Source: an uncultured delta proteobacterium
GTDB lineage: Bacteria; Desulfobacterota; BSN033; UBA1163
NCBI GenBank assembly: GCA_963827685.1
Contig: CAWHBU010000003.1
Span: 544,001 to 608,000 of the forward strand
Direction of reading: 5' to 3'
Length of the DNA stretch: 64,000 bases
A model generated the notes under the pieces. That model was not told where the DNA came from. It searched no databases and saw nothing but the letters and a program-made list of their open reading frames with translations. Made by a program: the position numbers and the translations under genes. Numbering within the stretch: position 1 is the stretch's first letter; every line of letters begins with the position of its first letter. This document shows, piece by piece, positions 38,021 to 47,974 of the stretch.

Positions 38021-38310
38021 AATCCCTCCCAGCCTCCCATGACCAAAGGGAGGAGGACAAAGGAGACGTAAAATCAGCATCTCTCAATCTATCTTCTCCG
38101 GAATGGTTCGGGGAGCGGCGGAATCCTCGCCTGTCCGCAGTTCTGATCGGCACCACCGATACTTTTTAGGTGGGAATTTTGGCCTTGACTCTCTTGATAA
38201 AAATTATTAAGATATTAAAAATATTCAATTTTTATTATTATTGTTGCCGAATGGGGATATCGATGATTATATTAACATGAGAGAAGAAAATCTTGGAGGA
38301 GGGATGAAAA

Positions 38311-38976
38311 ATGAGAATTAAGGATGTGATGACAAGGAATCCAGTTACAGCGGATAGTGAAACATTGGTCTTGGACGCCCAAAGGATAATGAAAGAAAAC
38401 AATATTCGCAGGCTTCCCATTGTGGACAAAGGTAAATTGGTGGGCATGGTCACGAAACACGATCTCCTCGAGGCTTCACCTTCACCAGCCACATCGTTGA
38501 GCGTATTCGAGTTGAACTATCTCCTTGCAAAAATGAAGGTCAAGGAAATTATGAAGAAGAATCCCGTGACGATTACTCCAGATACCCCTTTCGAGGAGGC
38601 CTTGAGACTTGGACAAGAGAAGAAGATCGGCTCGTTCCCGGTGGTGGAAAACGGGAAACTGGTTGGCATTACGACCGAATCGGACATCATCCGATTTGTA
38701 ACACGCGTCTTAGGCATAAAGGAGGAAGGATCGAGGATCACCATTGAGGGATTGGGCGCGAAGTTGGGCGATCTCGAGAAGATCGTTTCAATCGCAAACA
38801 AACACCACACGGTTATTTTGAGCATGATGTCATTACCCAGACCTGAAAACAAGGATTGGATGATCGTGCTTCGGCTAAAGACGAATGATCCCGACCCGAT
38901 TGCCAAAGATTTCAGGAAGGCCGGCTTCAATGTCACCTATTCATCTTGGTTCCGTTGCGAAAAGGGGCAGGCCTAA
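38311..38976 (+). CDS. CBS + ACT domain protein (AcuB-like)
   Basis: Two CBS repeats, ASPSPATSLSVFELNYLL, ACT-like C-terminus. Confidence 0.9.
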   Translation: MRIKDVMTRNPVTADSETLVLDAQRIMKENNIRRLPIVDKGKLVGMVTKHDLLEASPSPATSLSVFELNYLLAKMKVKEIMKKNPVTITPDTPFEEALRLGQEKKIGSFPVVENGKLVGITTESDIIRFVTRVLGIKEEGSRITIEGLGAKLGDLEKIVSIANKHHTVILSMMSLPRPENKDWMIVLRLKTNDPDPIAKDFRKAGFNVTYSSWFRCEKGQA

Positions 38977-39008
38977 ATAATTAAATCAACAATCCATGCC
39001 GCAAAATA

Positions 39009-39043
39009 AAAGAGGGGTGCGTTCACGAAACGCACCCCTCTTT
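39009..39043. terminator. Bidirectional terminator
   Basis: AAAGAGGGGTGCGTT-N5-AACGCACCCCTCTTT between convergent genes. Confidence 0.85.
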
Positions 39044-39062
39044 GTTATTCTTTAGTAAGAAT

Positions 39063-40904
39063 CTATCCCTTCTTATTGTGATAAAACCGATAAACCCTTT
39101 GGGCTGACTTTCGATTCATCTTGGGTGCGTTGGCCAATTCTTCTTCTCCGGCTTCTTTGATTTTCTCTACCGTTCCAAAATATTTCAATAACTCCTTCTG
39201 TCTGATCTGACCGATCCCGGGGATCTCTCCCAATTCTGATTTGATCGTCTCCCTACTCCTGACCTTCTTATGATAAGTGATAGCAAATCGATGGGCTTCA
39301 TCACGGATTCGGTCAAGGAGATGGAGGACTGGCGAGCGCCTTCCCAAAATGAAAGGTTCCTTATATTGAGGATGGAAGACCTTTTCCTCGGTCTTTCTCA
39401 ACCTCGAAAGACGAGGCCTTTCAATCGTCCTTTCCTTGGCCAGGCTGATGAGATCAACTTCCTTCGCCTTCAGTTCTTTGAATACTTCTCGGGCCACATT
39501 CAATTGACCTCTTCCACCATCTAACAAAACCAGATCCGGAAGATCACTTTCTTCAACGGCCTTTTGATACCGGCGGAGGAGGACTTCGTACATCATGCCA
39601 TAATCGTCCGCTCCTTCTACCGTTTTGACCCTGAAATGGCGGTATCGTTCCTTATTGGGTTTTCCATCCTCAAAAAAGACCATCGATCCAACAGCATTTC
39701 CCCCTTGGAGGTTGGAGATATCGAAAGCCTCAATCCTTCGAGGCACTTTTCTTAGATGAAGCTTCTCCTTTAAGGCATCCAAAAGTTTCTCCTCATCCTT
39801 ATCCAGTTCATCCTTTGCAAGAAGAAATTGCTCAGCATTTTCACAGGCCATTTTGAGAAGATGTTTCTTATCCCCTTTCACAGGAACAAAGATCCGGACC
39901 TTTTTTCCCTTTAGTTCTGTCAACCATTGTTCTACAAAGTCCTGTTCAGGAATTGACTTCGGGATCAAAATCTGTTCAGGAATGAATTTACCTTCCCGAT
40001 AATATTGAAAGAGAAAGGATGAAAGGACCTCCTTGTCCAGAAGTCCCGTGGAAGGGATGACAAAGCCCCTCCCTCCCATGAGTCTTCCTGCTCTGACTAA
40101 GAACGGATAGATGATGATCTTATGGTCCTGGCGATGGAATCCGATTACATCCTGATCGAGGAAATCCTGCGAGACGATCTTCTGTTTTTCGATCACCTGC
40201 TCAATATAGGCGATCTGGTCTCGAATTTTGGCAGCCCCTTCAAAGTTGAGCTTTTCCGATTCTTCTTCCATCTTTTTTTTGAGGTTCTCCAACAAATCCC
40301 TATTCTTTCCAGCAAGGAACATCCTCACCTGTTGAACGACCTCCCGGTATTTCATCGGATCGACCTCTTCGCAACAAGGACCCGGACACCGGCCCATCTC
40401 ATAATTGATGCAGGGCCTCAGCCGATGGGTGAATTTGGTATCCATGCAGGTCCGGATTGGAAAGAGCCTGCGGATCAGCCTCAGGGTCTCCCTGAGGGAG
40501 GTGGCAGAAGGATAAGGGCCGAAATAGAGAGAACCGTCTTTCTTGATCCGCCTCACGATACATAAAGTTGGATATGCTTCCTCCAGCGAGAGTTTGAGAC
40601 AGGGATAATTCTTATCATCCCTGAGCTTCACGTTATAGCGGGGATGGTGCGCCTTGACGAGGTTATCTTCCAGGATGAAGGCCTCTTTCTCCGTATCGGT
40701 AACAATGGTATCGATGTCCGCCACCTTTTCTAACATCGTCAAAGTTTTCAAATCCTTTCCAGCCGGTTTCTGAAAATAAGAACTCACCCGATGTTTGATA
40801 TTCCCCGCCTTCCCCACATAGAGGATTGTTCCCTTGCTGTCTTTGAACAGATAGACACCAGGATTATTCGGTAGGCGATCAATTTTTTGACTTAAAGATT
40901 CCAT
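39063..40904 (-). CDS. uvrC: Excinuclease ABC subunit C
   Basis: PGVYLF..YVGKA, IEAFDISN, DGGRGQ, RDEAHRFAITYH and HhH motifs; start at MESLSQKI (the upstream extension is repeat-derived). Confidence 0.97.
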   Translation of the reverse strand: MESLSQKIDRLPNNPGVYLFKDSKGTILYVGKAGNIKHRVSSYFQKPAGKDLKTLTMLEKVADIDTIVTDTEKEAFILEDNLVKAHHPRYNVKLRDDKNYPCLKLSLEEAYPTLCIVRRIKKDGSLYFGPYPSATSLRETLRLIRRLFPIRTCMDTKFTHRLRPCINYEMGRCPGPCCEEVDPMKYREVVQQVRMFLAGKNRDLLENLKKKMEEESEKLNFEGAAKIRDQIAYIEQVIEKQKIVSQDFLDQDVIGFHRQDHKIIIYPFLVRAGRLMGGRGFVIPSTGLLDKEVLSSFLFQYYREGKFIPEQILIPKSIPEQDFVEQWLTELKGKKVRIFVPVKGDKKHLLKMACENAEQFLLAKDELDKDEEKLLDALKEKLHLRKVPRRIEAFDISNLQGGNAVGSMVFFEDGKPNKERYRHFRVKTVEGADDYGMMYEVLLRRYQKAVEESDLPDLVLLDGGRGQLNVAREVFKELKAKEVDLISLAKERTIERPRLSRLRKTEEKVFHPQYKEPFILGRRSPVLHLLDRIRDEAHRFAITYHKKVRSRETIKSELGEIPGIGQIRQKELLKYFGTVEKIKEAGEEELANAPKMNRKSAQRVYRFYHNKKG

Positions 40905-40916
40905 AAGATTTTCTTT

Positions 40917-41113
40917 GCCATTGCGAGGAGCCCGGAAGTTTCGGGACGACGAAGCCTTGTCTTGAGCGAAGCGAAGGAACGCTTGAGATTGCCACGCCTG
41001 CGTGCCTGCGCGCTGGAGCGCTTCGGCGCGCAAGCGTGCCGAAACACCCGCTGCATAAACGTTTCGAAGATGTCAGGCACTACGGCGTGCAGGCACGCTC
41101 CGCTCGCAATGAC
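40917..41113. repeat. Nested REP composite filling the uvrB-uvrC spacer
   Basis: GCCATTGCGAG...CTCGCAATGAC enclosing CTTGTCTTGAGCGAAGCGAAGGA and CCTGCGTGCC...GGCACTACGGCGTGCAGG. Confidence 0.8.
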
Positions 41114-41124
41114 ACTTAAAGGTA

Positions 41125-43119
41125 TCACCTCATCTTCAGCTCCATCTCTTCAAGGTGTTGGATCTTATCGCGGAGTTCTGCCGCACGCTCAAATTCCAAA
41201 TGACTCGCTGCCTCCTTCATCTCCTTCTTCAACTTCTGAATCATCGAAGGAATCTCTTTGATGGGAACATATGGCTCTTCAATGTCGGATACACCGGGAA
41301 TCGCTAAATAGTCTGCCTCATAGATCGAAGCCATAATATTCCGAACCGACTTCTTCACAGTCTGCGGGGTAATTCCGTGAACTCTATTATACTCTTCCTG
41401 GATCTTTCTTCTCCGATTCGTCTCTAAAATCGCCTGATCCATGGATTGGGTCATTTTATCTGCATAGAGAATGACCTGGCCGTTTACATTTCGGGCAGCC
41501 CGGCCGAAAGTCTGGATGAGAGATTTTTCAGACCGTAGAAAACCTTCCTTATCGGCATCCAGAATGGCGACCAAGGAAACCTCCGGAATATCGAGTCCCT
41601 CCCTTAGAAGATTGATCCCGATGAGGACATCGAACTTTCCCAACCGGAGATCTCTGATGATCTCCACCCGATCAAGGGTATCAATATCGGAATGCAGGTA
41701 TTTCACCCGAATCCCAAGATCAGCATAGTATTCGGTCAGATCTTCTGCCATCCGCTTAGTGAGAGTGGTGACAAGAACCCTCTCCTTTCCCTTCACCCGC
41801 TTCTGTATCTCAGCCAACAGATCGTCGACCTGGTTCTTCGCCGGTTTGACATCCAGGAGAGGATCGCTCAAACCAGTCGGACGGATGATCTGTTCTACAA
41901 TCTTTCTGGGGCTCTTCTTCATCTCATATTCACTCGGGGTCGCTGAGACATAGACGACCTGATGGACCCGCTCCTGAAACTCCTCGAACATCAGTGGCCG
42001 GTTGTCCAGCGCGGACGGAAGACGAAATCCATACTCCACCAGCGTTTCTTTCCTGGACCGGTCTCCCCTATACATCCCGATTAGTTGAGGAATGGTCACA
42101 TGGCTTTCGTCAATGAACAAAAGAAAATCCTTTGAATAGTAATCCAGTAGAGTAGGAGGAGGTTCCCCCGGCCTTCTTCCGGTGAGATGGCGGGAATAGT
42201 TTTCAATTCCCTGGCAGTAACCGAGCTCTTGAAGCATCTCTAAGTCGAATTTCGTTCTCTGCTCAAGCCTCTGCGCCTCCAAAAGTTGATTCTGGGATTT
42301 AAACCATTCCAACCTTTCCTTCAGTTCCTCCCGGATGCTCTCAATGGCTTTCTGCAATCGGTCCGGAGGAGTAACGTAATGGCTTCCCGGATAGATAGGT
42401 ACTTTATCTAAACGTTCGACAACTTTTCCTTTTAAAGGATCAATTTCAGAGATGTCCTCCACCTCGTCTCCAAAGAGTTCGATCCGAATCGCCCGGCTTC
42501 CCTCATGGGCAGGGAAGACTTCAATCACATCCCCTCGAACCCGAAAGGTCCCCCGGTGAAAATCGATATCATTCCGCTCATACTGTATCTCCACCAATTT
42601 TGAAAGGATCTCCTCCCTGGAGATGTCCATCCCTCTTTCCAGATAGAGGAGCATTCCATGGTACGCCTCCGGAGATCCTAAACCATAGATACAGGAGACG
42701 CTGGCAACAATGATGACATCGTTTCTTTCAAGAAGGGAGCGGGTGGCGGAGTGTCGCATCTTATCGATTTCTTCATTGATCTGAGTGTCCTTCTCGATAT
42801 AGGTATCGGTGGAGGGGATATAAGCTTCGGGTTGATAATAGTCGTAATAACTGACGAAAAATTCGACAGCATTCTCCGGAAATAGCTCTTTGAACTCACC
42901 GTAAAGCTGGGCGGCCAGAGTCTTGTTATGGGAAATGACCAGAGTGGGCTTCTGAACCTTCTCAATCACATTGGCCATGGTGAAGGTCTTTCCAGACCCG
43001 GTCACCCCCAAGAGGACCTGGTGTGTGGCACCTTCCAGAACACTCTCGCTCAGTGATTCAATGGCCTGAGGCTGATCACCCTTAGGTTGGAATTCGGAGA
43101 CGAGTTTAAATGAGTTCAT
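41125..43119 (-). CDS. uvrB: Excinuclease ABC subunit B
   Basis: [28 protein letters not shown] and [11 protein letters not shown] motifs. Confidence 0.98.
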   Translation of the reverse strand: MNSFKLVSEFQPKGDQPQAIESLSESVLEGATHQVLLGVTGSGKTFTMANVIEKVQKPTLVISHNKTLAAQLYGEFKELFPENAVEFFVSYYDYYQPEAYIPSTDTYIEKDTQINEEIDKMRHSATRSLLERNDVIIVASVSCIYGLGSPEAYHGMLLYLERGMDISREEILSKLVEIQYERNDIDFHRGTFRVRGDVIEVFPAHEGSRAIRIELFGDEVEDISEIDPLKGKVVERLDKVPIYPGSHYVTPPDRLQKAIESIREELKERLEWFKSQNQLLEAQRLEQRTKFDLEMLQELGYCQGIENYSRHLTGRRPGEPPPTLLDYYSKDFLLFIDESHVTIPQLIGMYRGDRSRKETLVEYGFRLPSALDNRPLMFEEFQERVHQVVYVSATPSEYEMKKSPRKIVEQIIRPTGLSDPLLDVKPAKNQVDDLLAEIQKRVKGKERVLVTTLTKRMAEDLTEYYADLGIRVKYLHSDIDTLDRVEIIRDLRLGKFDVLIGINLLREGLDIPEVSLVAILDADKEGFLRSEKSLIQTFGRAARNVNGQVILYADKMTQSMDQAILETNRRRKIQEEYNRVHGITPQTVKKSVRNIMASIYEADYLAIPGVSDIEEPYVPIKEIPSMIQKLKKEMKEAASHLEFERAAELRDKIQHLEEMELKMR

Positions 43120-43305
43120 GGGTTAATCTTACAACAAAAAAGGAAAGAGGGGAAAGGCTTTAGTTCGGAGTTGGGAGTGCAGAGTTCGGAGTTTAAGAAA
43201 GGAGAAGCTGAAAAAGGATTTACTATCACAGATAGCTGATGGCAGATGGTTATTTCTCCTTGACGGGTTACATTTTCTAAATGTTTTCTTTTCCTTCAAT
43301 TCTAT

Positions 43306-43614
43306 TTATCGTCTTTCGCGCTCCCAGAGGGCGACCAGATCGCGTGCACCATGGATAAATCCAACGATATATACAGTTTGCCCTGTTACCTGATAAATAA
43401 GGCGATAACTTCTGACGAAAAGCTCCCGGATACTTGGATCATTAAATTCGGGAACTGCCCGCCCTCGCTCCGCAAGATAAGCCAATGATCGTGCAGCATC
43501 TCGTACCTCACGGACAAATGCCCCTGCATAGTGGGGAGAATCCTTGCCAATGTAGTCCGCTATTTCTTCGAGGTCTATCCAGGCGGATTCGGTCCAGGTT
43601 ACTTTCCGAGCCAT
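43306..43614 (-). CDS. Type II TA toxin, RelE/ParE family
   Basis: VTWTESAWIDLEEIADYI..DSP...GRAVPE..IRELFVRSYRLIY..IHGAR. Confidence 0.9.
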   Translation of the reverse strand: MARKVTWTESAWIDLEEIADYIGKDSPHYAGAFVREVRDAARSLAYLAERGRAVPEFNDPSIRELFVRSYRLIYQVTGQTVYIVGFIHGARDLVALWERERR

Positions 43615-43787
43615 TTAGACATCCTTTGCTCCACCTCTTCCTGACTTAGTAAGTGCCCCTCTTGAATATCCTTCAGCCCACGTTCGATCTTCTCCCGAAC
43701 ATATATGTGGTATTGAATGTCCTCGAAAGTCGCATCATCTGGGATCTGGTCAAGCATCCTCCTAACTTCTTCTTTTGCTGTTCTCAT
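43599..43787 (-). CDS. Cognate antitoxin
   Basis: 62 aa (LDQIPDDATFEDIQYHIYVREKIERGL); overlaps the toxin start. Confidence 0.85.
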   Translation of the reverse strand: MRTAKEEVRRMLDQIPDDATFEDIQYHIYVREKIERGLKDIQEGHLLSQEEVEQRMSKWLGK

Positions 43788-44010
43788 CTTTTTCTCCTAT
43801 TTGAAAGGATGTGGAATAACCTTTTGGTTTGGCGAAGTCGCAACTCAGTCGGGATTTCCCGAAGTGTGTAAACGCCAAAAACTCATATACATTCACCTAA
43901 TAACCTCCCTTTTAACCGAATTATAACAAATATAAGGGCGAAAAAGACATAAATCAAAAACTTGACCTCAAAGCATTCTGGTATCTGCCGTTATGGGCAT
44001 TGAAAGAAAT

Positions 44011-44721
44011 TTACCTTAGAATCGTCAGTCCCAAAAATCTATATTTTCCATCAAAATCAAAAATAACCGGGAAATGCTTCAAATCCTTTCTTTTTATCTC
44101 CCATGGGAATCCACCGTATCTCTTTTTCCCACGCTTTCTGTCCTTATCGCGTAGTCTTATGTGAATAAGATGCTGGTCAATATGACATTCGACGTTATCT
44201 TCTTTTAAGTTAACGATCCTCTCGGCAGCCATATTAATCCCTTTATCGAAGAGGTTCGATTTATAGGAATTATGGACGTCCACATTTACGACAGCACCAT
44301 AAAAATCGATTGTATCATTAACGATCTCCGCATCCTTTTTGGTTTCAAAGGTCTTTTTGGAATTGGGTTTCAACTTCACTCCCAATTTCTTAGGCCCCTT
44401 TTGGGAAAGCAGGATGTAGAAGTCATCGGCCCCTTTGATGTTCCCACATATTCTGCAGGCTTCCTTCTTATCCTTTGTTTTCTTATATCCATCCCAATGC
44501 TTGCACTGCAAGCCTAAGAACTCCCAGGCTATCCCAAGCTGTTGATAGATGCGAAAGAAACGCTGAAATTCTTTTTCGCCCATCTTCTCGCTGTCAAGAA
44601 AATTGTTGCTGACGAAATCCATGCTCTTAAAGAGATCTTTCAGTTGTTTCTTGAGATCTTTTTTATTTTGCCCCAAATCCATTTCTTTCGGTGTCTCCAT
44701 AGAATCATTTATCGATTTCAC
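44011..44721 (-). CDS. Hypothetical protein with CxH...CxxC motif
   Basis: Long Lys-rich ORF containing CKHWDG...CRICG; start uncertain. Confidence 0.65.
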   Translation of the reverse strand: MKSINDSMETPKEMDLGQNKKDLKKQLKDLFKSMDFVSNNFLDSEKMGEKEFQRFFRIYQQLGIAWEFLGLQCKHWDGYKKTKDKKEACRICGNIKGADDFYILLSQKGPKKLGVKLKPNSKKTFETKKDAEIVNDTIDFYGAVVNVDVHNSYKSNLFDKGINMAAERIVNLKEDNVECHIDQHLIHIRLRDKDRKRGKKRYGGFPWEIKRKDLKHFPVIFDFDGKYRFLGLTILR

Positions 44722-44908
44722 TCATTCTGGCAGCATAACTGAGAGCAGCCTCAATGTCCTCTTCAGTTACTTCGTATTCTCGCATAATTTCGTCTTTTGT
44801 CATACCACCTGCAAGCCCTCCGATAATACGAGCAACAGGAACACGAGTCCCCCGAATTACTGGTTTTCCGTGTTGGATTTCTGGGTCTATTACAATTCGC
44901 TCGTTCAT
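44705..44908 (-). CDS. DUF433 family antitoxin-like protein
   Basis: RIVIDPEIQHGKPVIRGTRVPV...EDIEAALSYA. Confidence 0.9.
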   Translation of the reverse strand: MNERIVIDPEIQHGKPVIRGTRVPVARIIGGLAGGMTKDEIMREYEVTEEDIEAALSYAARMSEIDK

Positions 44909-45092
44909 CTTTTCCCTTCTTTTTCTTTTCATCTTAAATCATTCAAAGCTGATTTTACATACATTCAGGGCCAAGAGATCTGCCGCAGTATTTAGAGCAC
45001 GAGCGGTTGGCATATGCGGCACAGACGAAGCCGTTAGGTTTTAGAGCAAGCGCTTGTGGCGTCGTCAGGTGACGGTGTATCGCAAAACGAAC

Positions 45093-45446
45093 CTACGGGT
45101 CTTCATTTATTCTTTTCGCCCTCTTACTTCCAAAAGCGTAAATAGTCCTCGTTCCTTTCTTTGATTCCCCCGAATGCGGAGTCCCCTTGGGAACATGATA
45201 TTCATCGCCTTTTCGTAATATAGTCGTCTCATTATTTATTTTCAGTTTGTACTCGCCCTCAACTACGATGAAGTATTCGTCATAGTCGTGAACGTGTTCT
45301 TTTGAGATCACATCTTCCGTTGAAGTCCAGAAAGCCATCTGGCTTCCGTCAATCCCATCATAAACGTAGCCAACATTTCCAGGTGTCTGAGATTTTGGAT
45401 CAATAGCGTTTAACGGATTTCTCATAAATTCAGGGAAATCACTCAT
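45093..45446 (-). CDS. Cupin domain protein
   Basis: EHVHDYDEY...VPKGTPH; GGAGGTGG RBS. Confidence 0.88.
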   Translation of the reverse strand: MSDFPEFMRNPLNAIDPKSQTPGNVGYVYDGIDGSQMAFWTSTEDVISKEHVHDYDEYFIVVEGEYKLKINNETTILRKGDEYHVPKGTPHSGESKKGTRTIYAFGSKRAKRINEDP

Positions 45447-45635
45447 TTCCACCTCCAAAAAGTCTCGCTAAATTTTTGCTAACATTCAAGGCTAAAAGAA
45501 GTGCGATAGCATTTGAATGTAAATCCTTTAGCCTATTGCAATCTGAAGTGGGTAGCAAATTCGTACTTGATTTTATCACAATTAAGTTCTAATATGAAAT
45601 ACGAATAGTAAGAGTAGCTTTTCAAGGAGGAATCT

Positions 45636-45905
45636 ATGCCAATCATAAAATCCATTTCAAGCCTGCGCAACCGAACGAGAGACATAGCCTCCCTGTGCCA
45701 TAAACAAGACGAGCCTGTTTATTTGACAACGAATGGTGAAGGCGATCTTGTTGTTATGAGCATTGAGCATTATGAAAGACTCAAGGCGAGGGTGGAGCTT
45801 TTCGAAAAGCTCGCTGTTGCTCAAGCCCAAGCTGCGGCAGGGGAAAAAGGGTTTACACATACGCAAGTGATGAACAAGCTTAGGAAGCGCTTGCATGGGA
45901 AGTAA
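45636..45905 (+). CDS. Phd/YefM family antitoxin
   Basis: IKSISSLRN...EPVYLTTNGEGDLVVMSIEHYE. Confidence 0.92.
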   Translation: MPIIKSISSLRNRTRDIASLCHKQDEPVYLTTNGEGDLVVMSIEHYERLKARVELFEKLAVAQAQAAAGEKGFTHTQVMNKLRKRLHGK

Positions 45906-46200
45906 GCACACGCTTCGTTACCTTCCTGTTGCCGTTGATGACCTTGTTTCAATATTCGACTGGATCGCAGATGACAGTCCGGCAAATGCCGCAGCGTTTG
46001 TTGAAAAAATCGATCACCGTATCGGCAACCTCAAAACACACCCCTTCCTTGGTCACGTGCCACGTGACGAAAAACTCAAGAATTCAGGTTATCGAATCCT
46101 TGTCATTGACTCCTACCTCGTATTCTACATGATTCGTGCCAAAACCGTTGAAATTCATCGTGTCGTCCACGGCTCCCGGAATCTGGACGATATCGTATAA
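45895..46200 (+). CDS. RelE/ParE family toxin
   Basis: AVDDLVSIFDWIA.DSP...HPFLG...GYRILV..YLVFY..HRVVHGSR; overlaps the antitoxin. Confidence 0.92.
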   Translation: MGSKHTLRYLPVAVDDLVSIFDWIADDSPANAAAFVEKIDHRIGNLKTHPFLGHVPRDEKLKNSGYRILVIDSYLVFYMIRAKTVEIHRVVHGSRNLDDIV

Positions 46201-46260
46201 AACCTCTGTTTATCCGCTTTGCGGCATATTTCGAACAACGCCCCCTGCCCTTGTGCCAAA

Positions 46261-46911
46261 CTACTTCAGTTCTTCCGCAAACCTGGCACCCATCTTAAAG
46301 GCATTTTCGCAATCGATTGGAAATACTTCTCTCCTTACCTTTGCCTTTTTCTCGGGATCGAAACGAGGCGCATACACCTTCGAATAATCCTCAAATTGAG
46401 TCGTGTCGTAACTGCATAGGGTTTCTGAAGCCCCGAAGGCCCTCTCCATAATCATCTCATTCAAAGATATAGGTCTGTCAAAACCGCGCTCTTTTGCCAT
46501 GGCTTCAGGCGCGCCCAGGGTATAGACGAAGGCTGTACGAACCTTTCGGGAAAAGAGACTCACCGGAGGATCGGTATAGGTCATCAGGGGAAAGAAGAGG
46601 CGCTCCATGAAAGACCTCATTTCTCCGGTGACCGTTCCAAAATAGATGGGCGATCCCAGGAAGATGACATCGGCCTCGTTCACTTTTTTCAAAAGCGGCG
46701 CCAGCCCGTCCCGGACGGCACATTTGCCGTAGCTCTTGCCGTCTTTCATCTTACAGGCAAAGCAGCTGATACATCCTTTGTAGTCGAGGTTGTAAAGATG
46801 AACGAAAGCCGTTTTCGCTCCTTCTGATGCCGCACCTTCAAGGGCTTTTTTGAGCAAAGTGGCCGTGTTCCACTTTTTTCTCGGACTCCCGTTCACACCA
46901 ATCGTCTTCAT
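46261..46911 (-). CDS. Iron-sulfur flavoprotein / flavodoxin family protein
   Basis: NGSPRK..NT, CISCFAC...C and GSPIYFG motifs. Confidence 0.92.
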   Translation of the reverse strand: MKTIGVNGSPRKKWNTATLLKKALEGAASEGAKTAFVHLYNLDYKGCISCFACKMKDGKSYGKCAVRDGLAPLLKKVNEADVIFLGSPIYFGTVTGEMRSFMERLFFPLMTYTDPPVSLFSRKVRTAFVYTLGAPEAMAKERGFDRPISLNEMIMERAFGASETLCSYDTTQFEDYSKVYAPRFDPEKKAKVRREVFPIDCENAFKMGARFAEELK

Positions 46912-46932
46912 ATCTCTACCTCCTCTCCAATC

Positions 46933-46975
46933 TCTTCCTCAATCTGTCCCGTGTCAGGGGCTGACTCCTCAGCTT
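46933..46975. repeat. Diverged copy of the ~43-bp repeat also present at 47844 and 47911
   Basis: CTCAATCTGTCCCGTGTCAGGGGCTGACTCCT vs CTCAATTTGTCGCGTGTCAAGGGTTGACCCCT. Confidence 0.65.
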
Positions 46976-47000
46976 CTTGCGAAGTTTCTAAGACTGCTCG

Positions 47001-47705
47001 TTACTCGAGGTGGCTCTTGGCTTCCAATTGCTTGATGAATGAATGTACTGCCTCAATTTCGTAACAAAAGTGTCCTTTGCCTTTTGCGTCTTTAACATCA
47101 ATTCTATTTGGTTGAATTCGCTTGAAACCGGAAATCAATTTTTTCTTAGATTCAGGAAGTTGTTTTTTAAAGAAAGCTTTAAAATTGCCCGATAACAACA
47201 GTTTGGGACTGTTAGGTTGCTTTGTTTGGGATTCAAGTCTCGCCGCCGTATTGATTACGATTCCATAGACGTAATCTTTCTCGGATCGATACACAACACA
47301 ACCCCCACAATGAATACCGATTCCGAAGTCTACAGATAAGCTGTATTTATATTTCTCTCTCAGAGTTTTGTTGTAACTGCTTAGGGTTGATTCTAAATAA
47401 ATATACAGAGGCAGGGCCACTCTCAGACATGTAATTGAATGTACCGGATTCCAAAAGACGCAGAGTTGACCATCTCCAGTATCGTTAAGAGAATACCGAT
47501 CACCAATTCCAAGCGTACCAATTTTAGCACGAATGAAATCCTTAATATTAGTCATTAATGTAATGTGATCTACTAAGGGTTGGCTGAATCCTTTGTTATC
47601 GGTTCGATAACTTAGAAGGCGAATTAATCTTGTGGAATTTCGCAAATCGAATAGAAATGCACTCGACCCATTCTCATAGTTAAGGTATATCAAATCGTAA
47701 TTCAT
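47001..47705 (-). CDS. Stand-alone class III nucleotidyl cyclase domain protein
   Basis: FDLRNST, TGDG, FGIGIHCG and INTAARLES motifs. Confidence 0.85.
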   Translation of the reverse strand: MNYDLIYLNYENGSSAFLFDLRNSTRLIRLLSYRTDNKGFSQPLVDHITLMTNIKDFIRAKIGTLGIGDRYSLNDTGDGQLCVFWNPVHSITCLRVALPLYIYLESTLSSYNKTLREKYKYSLSVDFGIGIHCGGCVVYRSEKDYVYGIVINTAARLESQTKQPNSPKLLLSGNFKAFFKKQLPESKKKLISGFKRIQPNRIDVKDAKGKGHFCYEIEAVHSFIKQLEAKSHLE

Positions 47706-47747
47706 ATGTATCGTCCTTGTTTATAGGGGGTATTCTGAGATACGTCC

Positions 47748-47815
47748 GCATAACGGGCGTCGCCACAGACGAAGCCGGAAGGGCCTTCAGAGAATGTATT
47801 GTGCTGCTGTTATGT
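47748..47815 (-). other. attC-like site upstream of the cyclase gene
   Basis: Minus strand ACATAAC...GGCTTCGTCTGTGGCGACGCCCGTTATGC, 68 bp with complementary end boxes; CACAGACGAAGCCG also occurs at 45020-45033. Confidence 0.5.
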
Positions 47816-47819
47816 ACTG

Positions 47820-47953
47820 CTTTTGGAAATATCCTTTTCGATCACCTGCTCAATTTGTCGCGTGTCAAGGGTTGACCCCTTGCCTTTTTCGGAAAATATT
47901 CTTTCTAATTACCTGCTCAATTTGTTCCGTGTCAAAGGCTGACCCCTTGGCTT
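47820..47953. repeat. Imperfect 67-bp tandem duplication
   Basis: ACCTGCTCAATTTGT..CGTGTCAA.GG.TGACCCCTTG at 47844 and 47911, with similar 5' flanks. Confidence 0.8.
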
Positions 47954-47974
47954 CCCAGGTTAATTCTAATGATA

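Noticed and set aside
40905-41033. 43-aa N-terminal extension of UvrC in the ORF track
   Set aside because: It lies in the REP composite; UvrC homology starts at MESLSQKI (40904).
47820-47953. 67-bp periodicity resembling a mini CRISPR array
   Set aside because: Only two units, the would-be spacers resemble each other, and there are no cas genes; a tandem duplication fits better.
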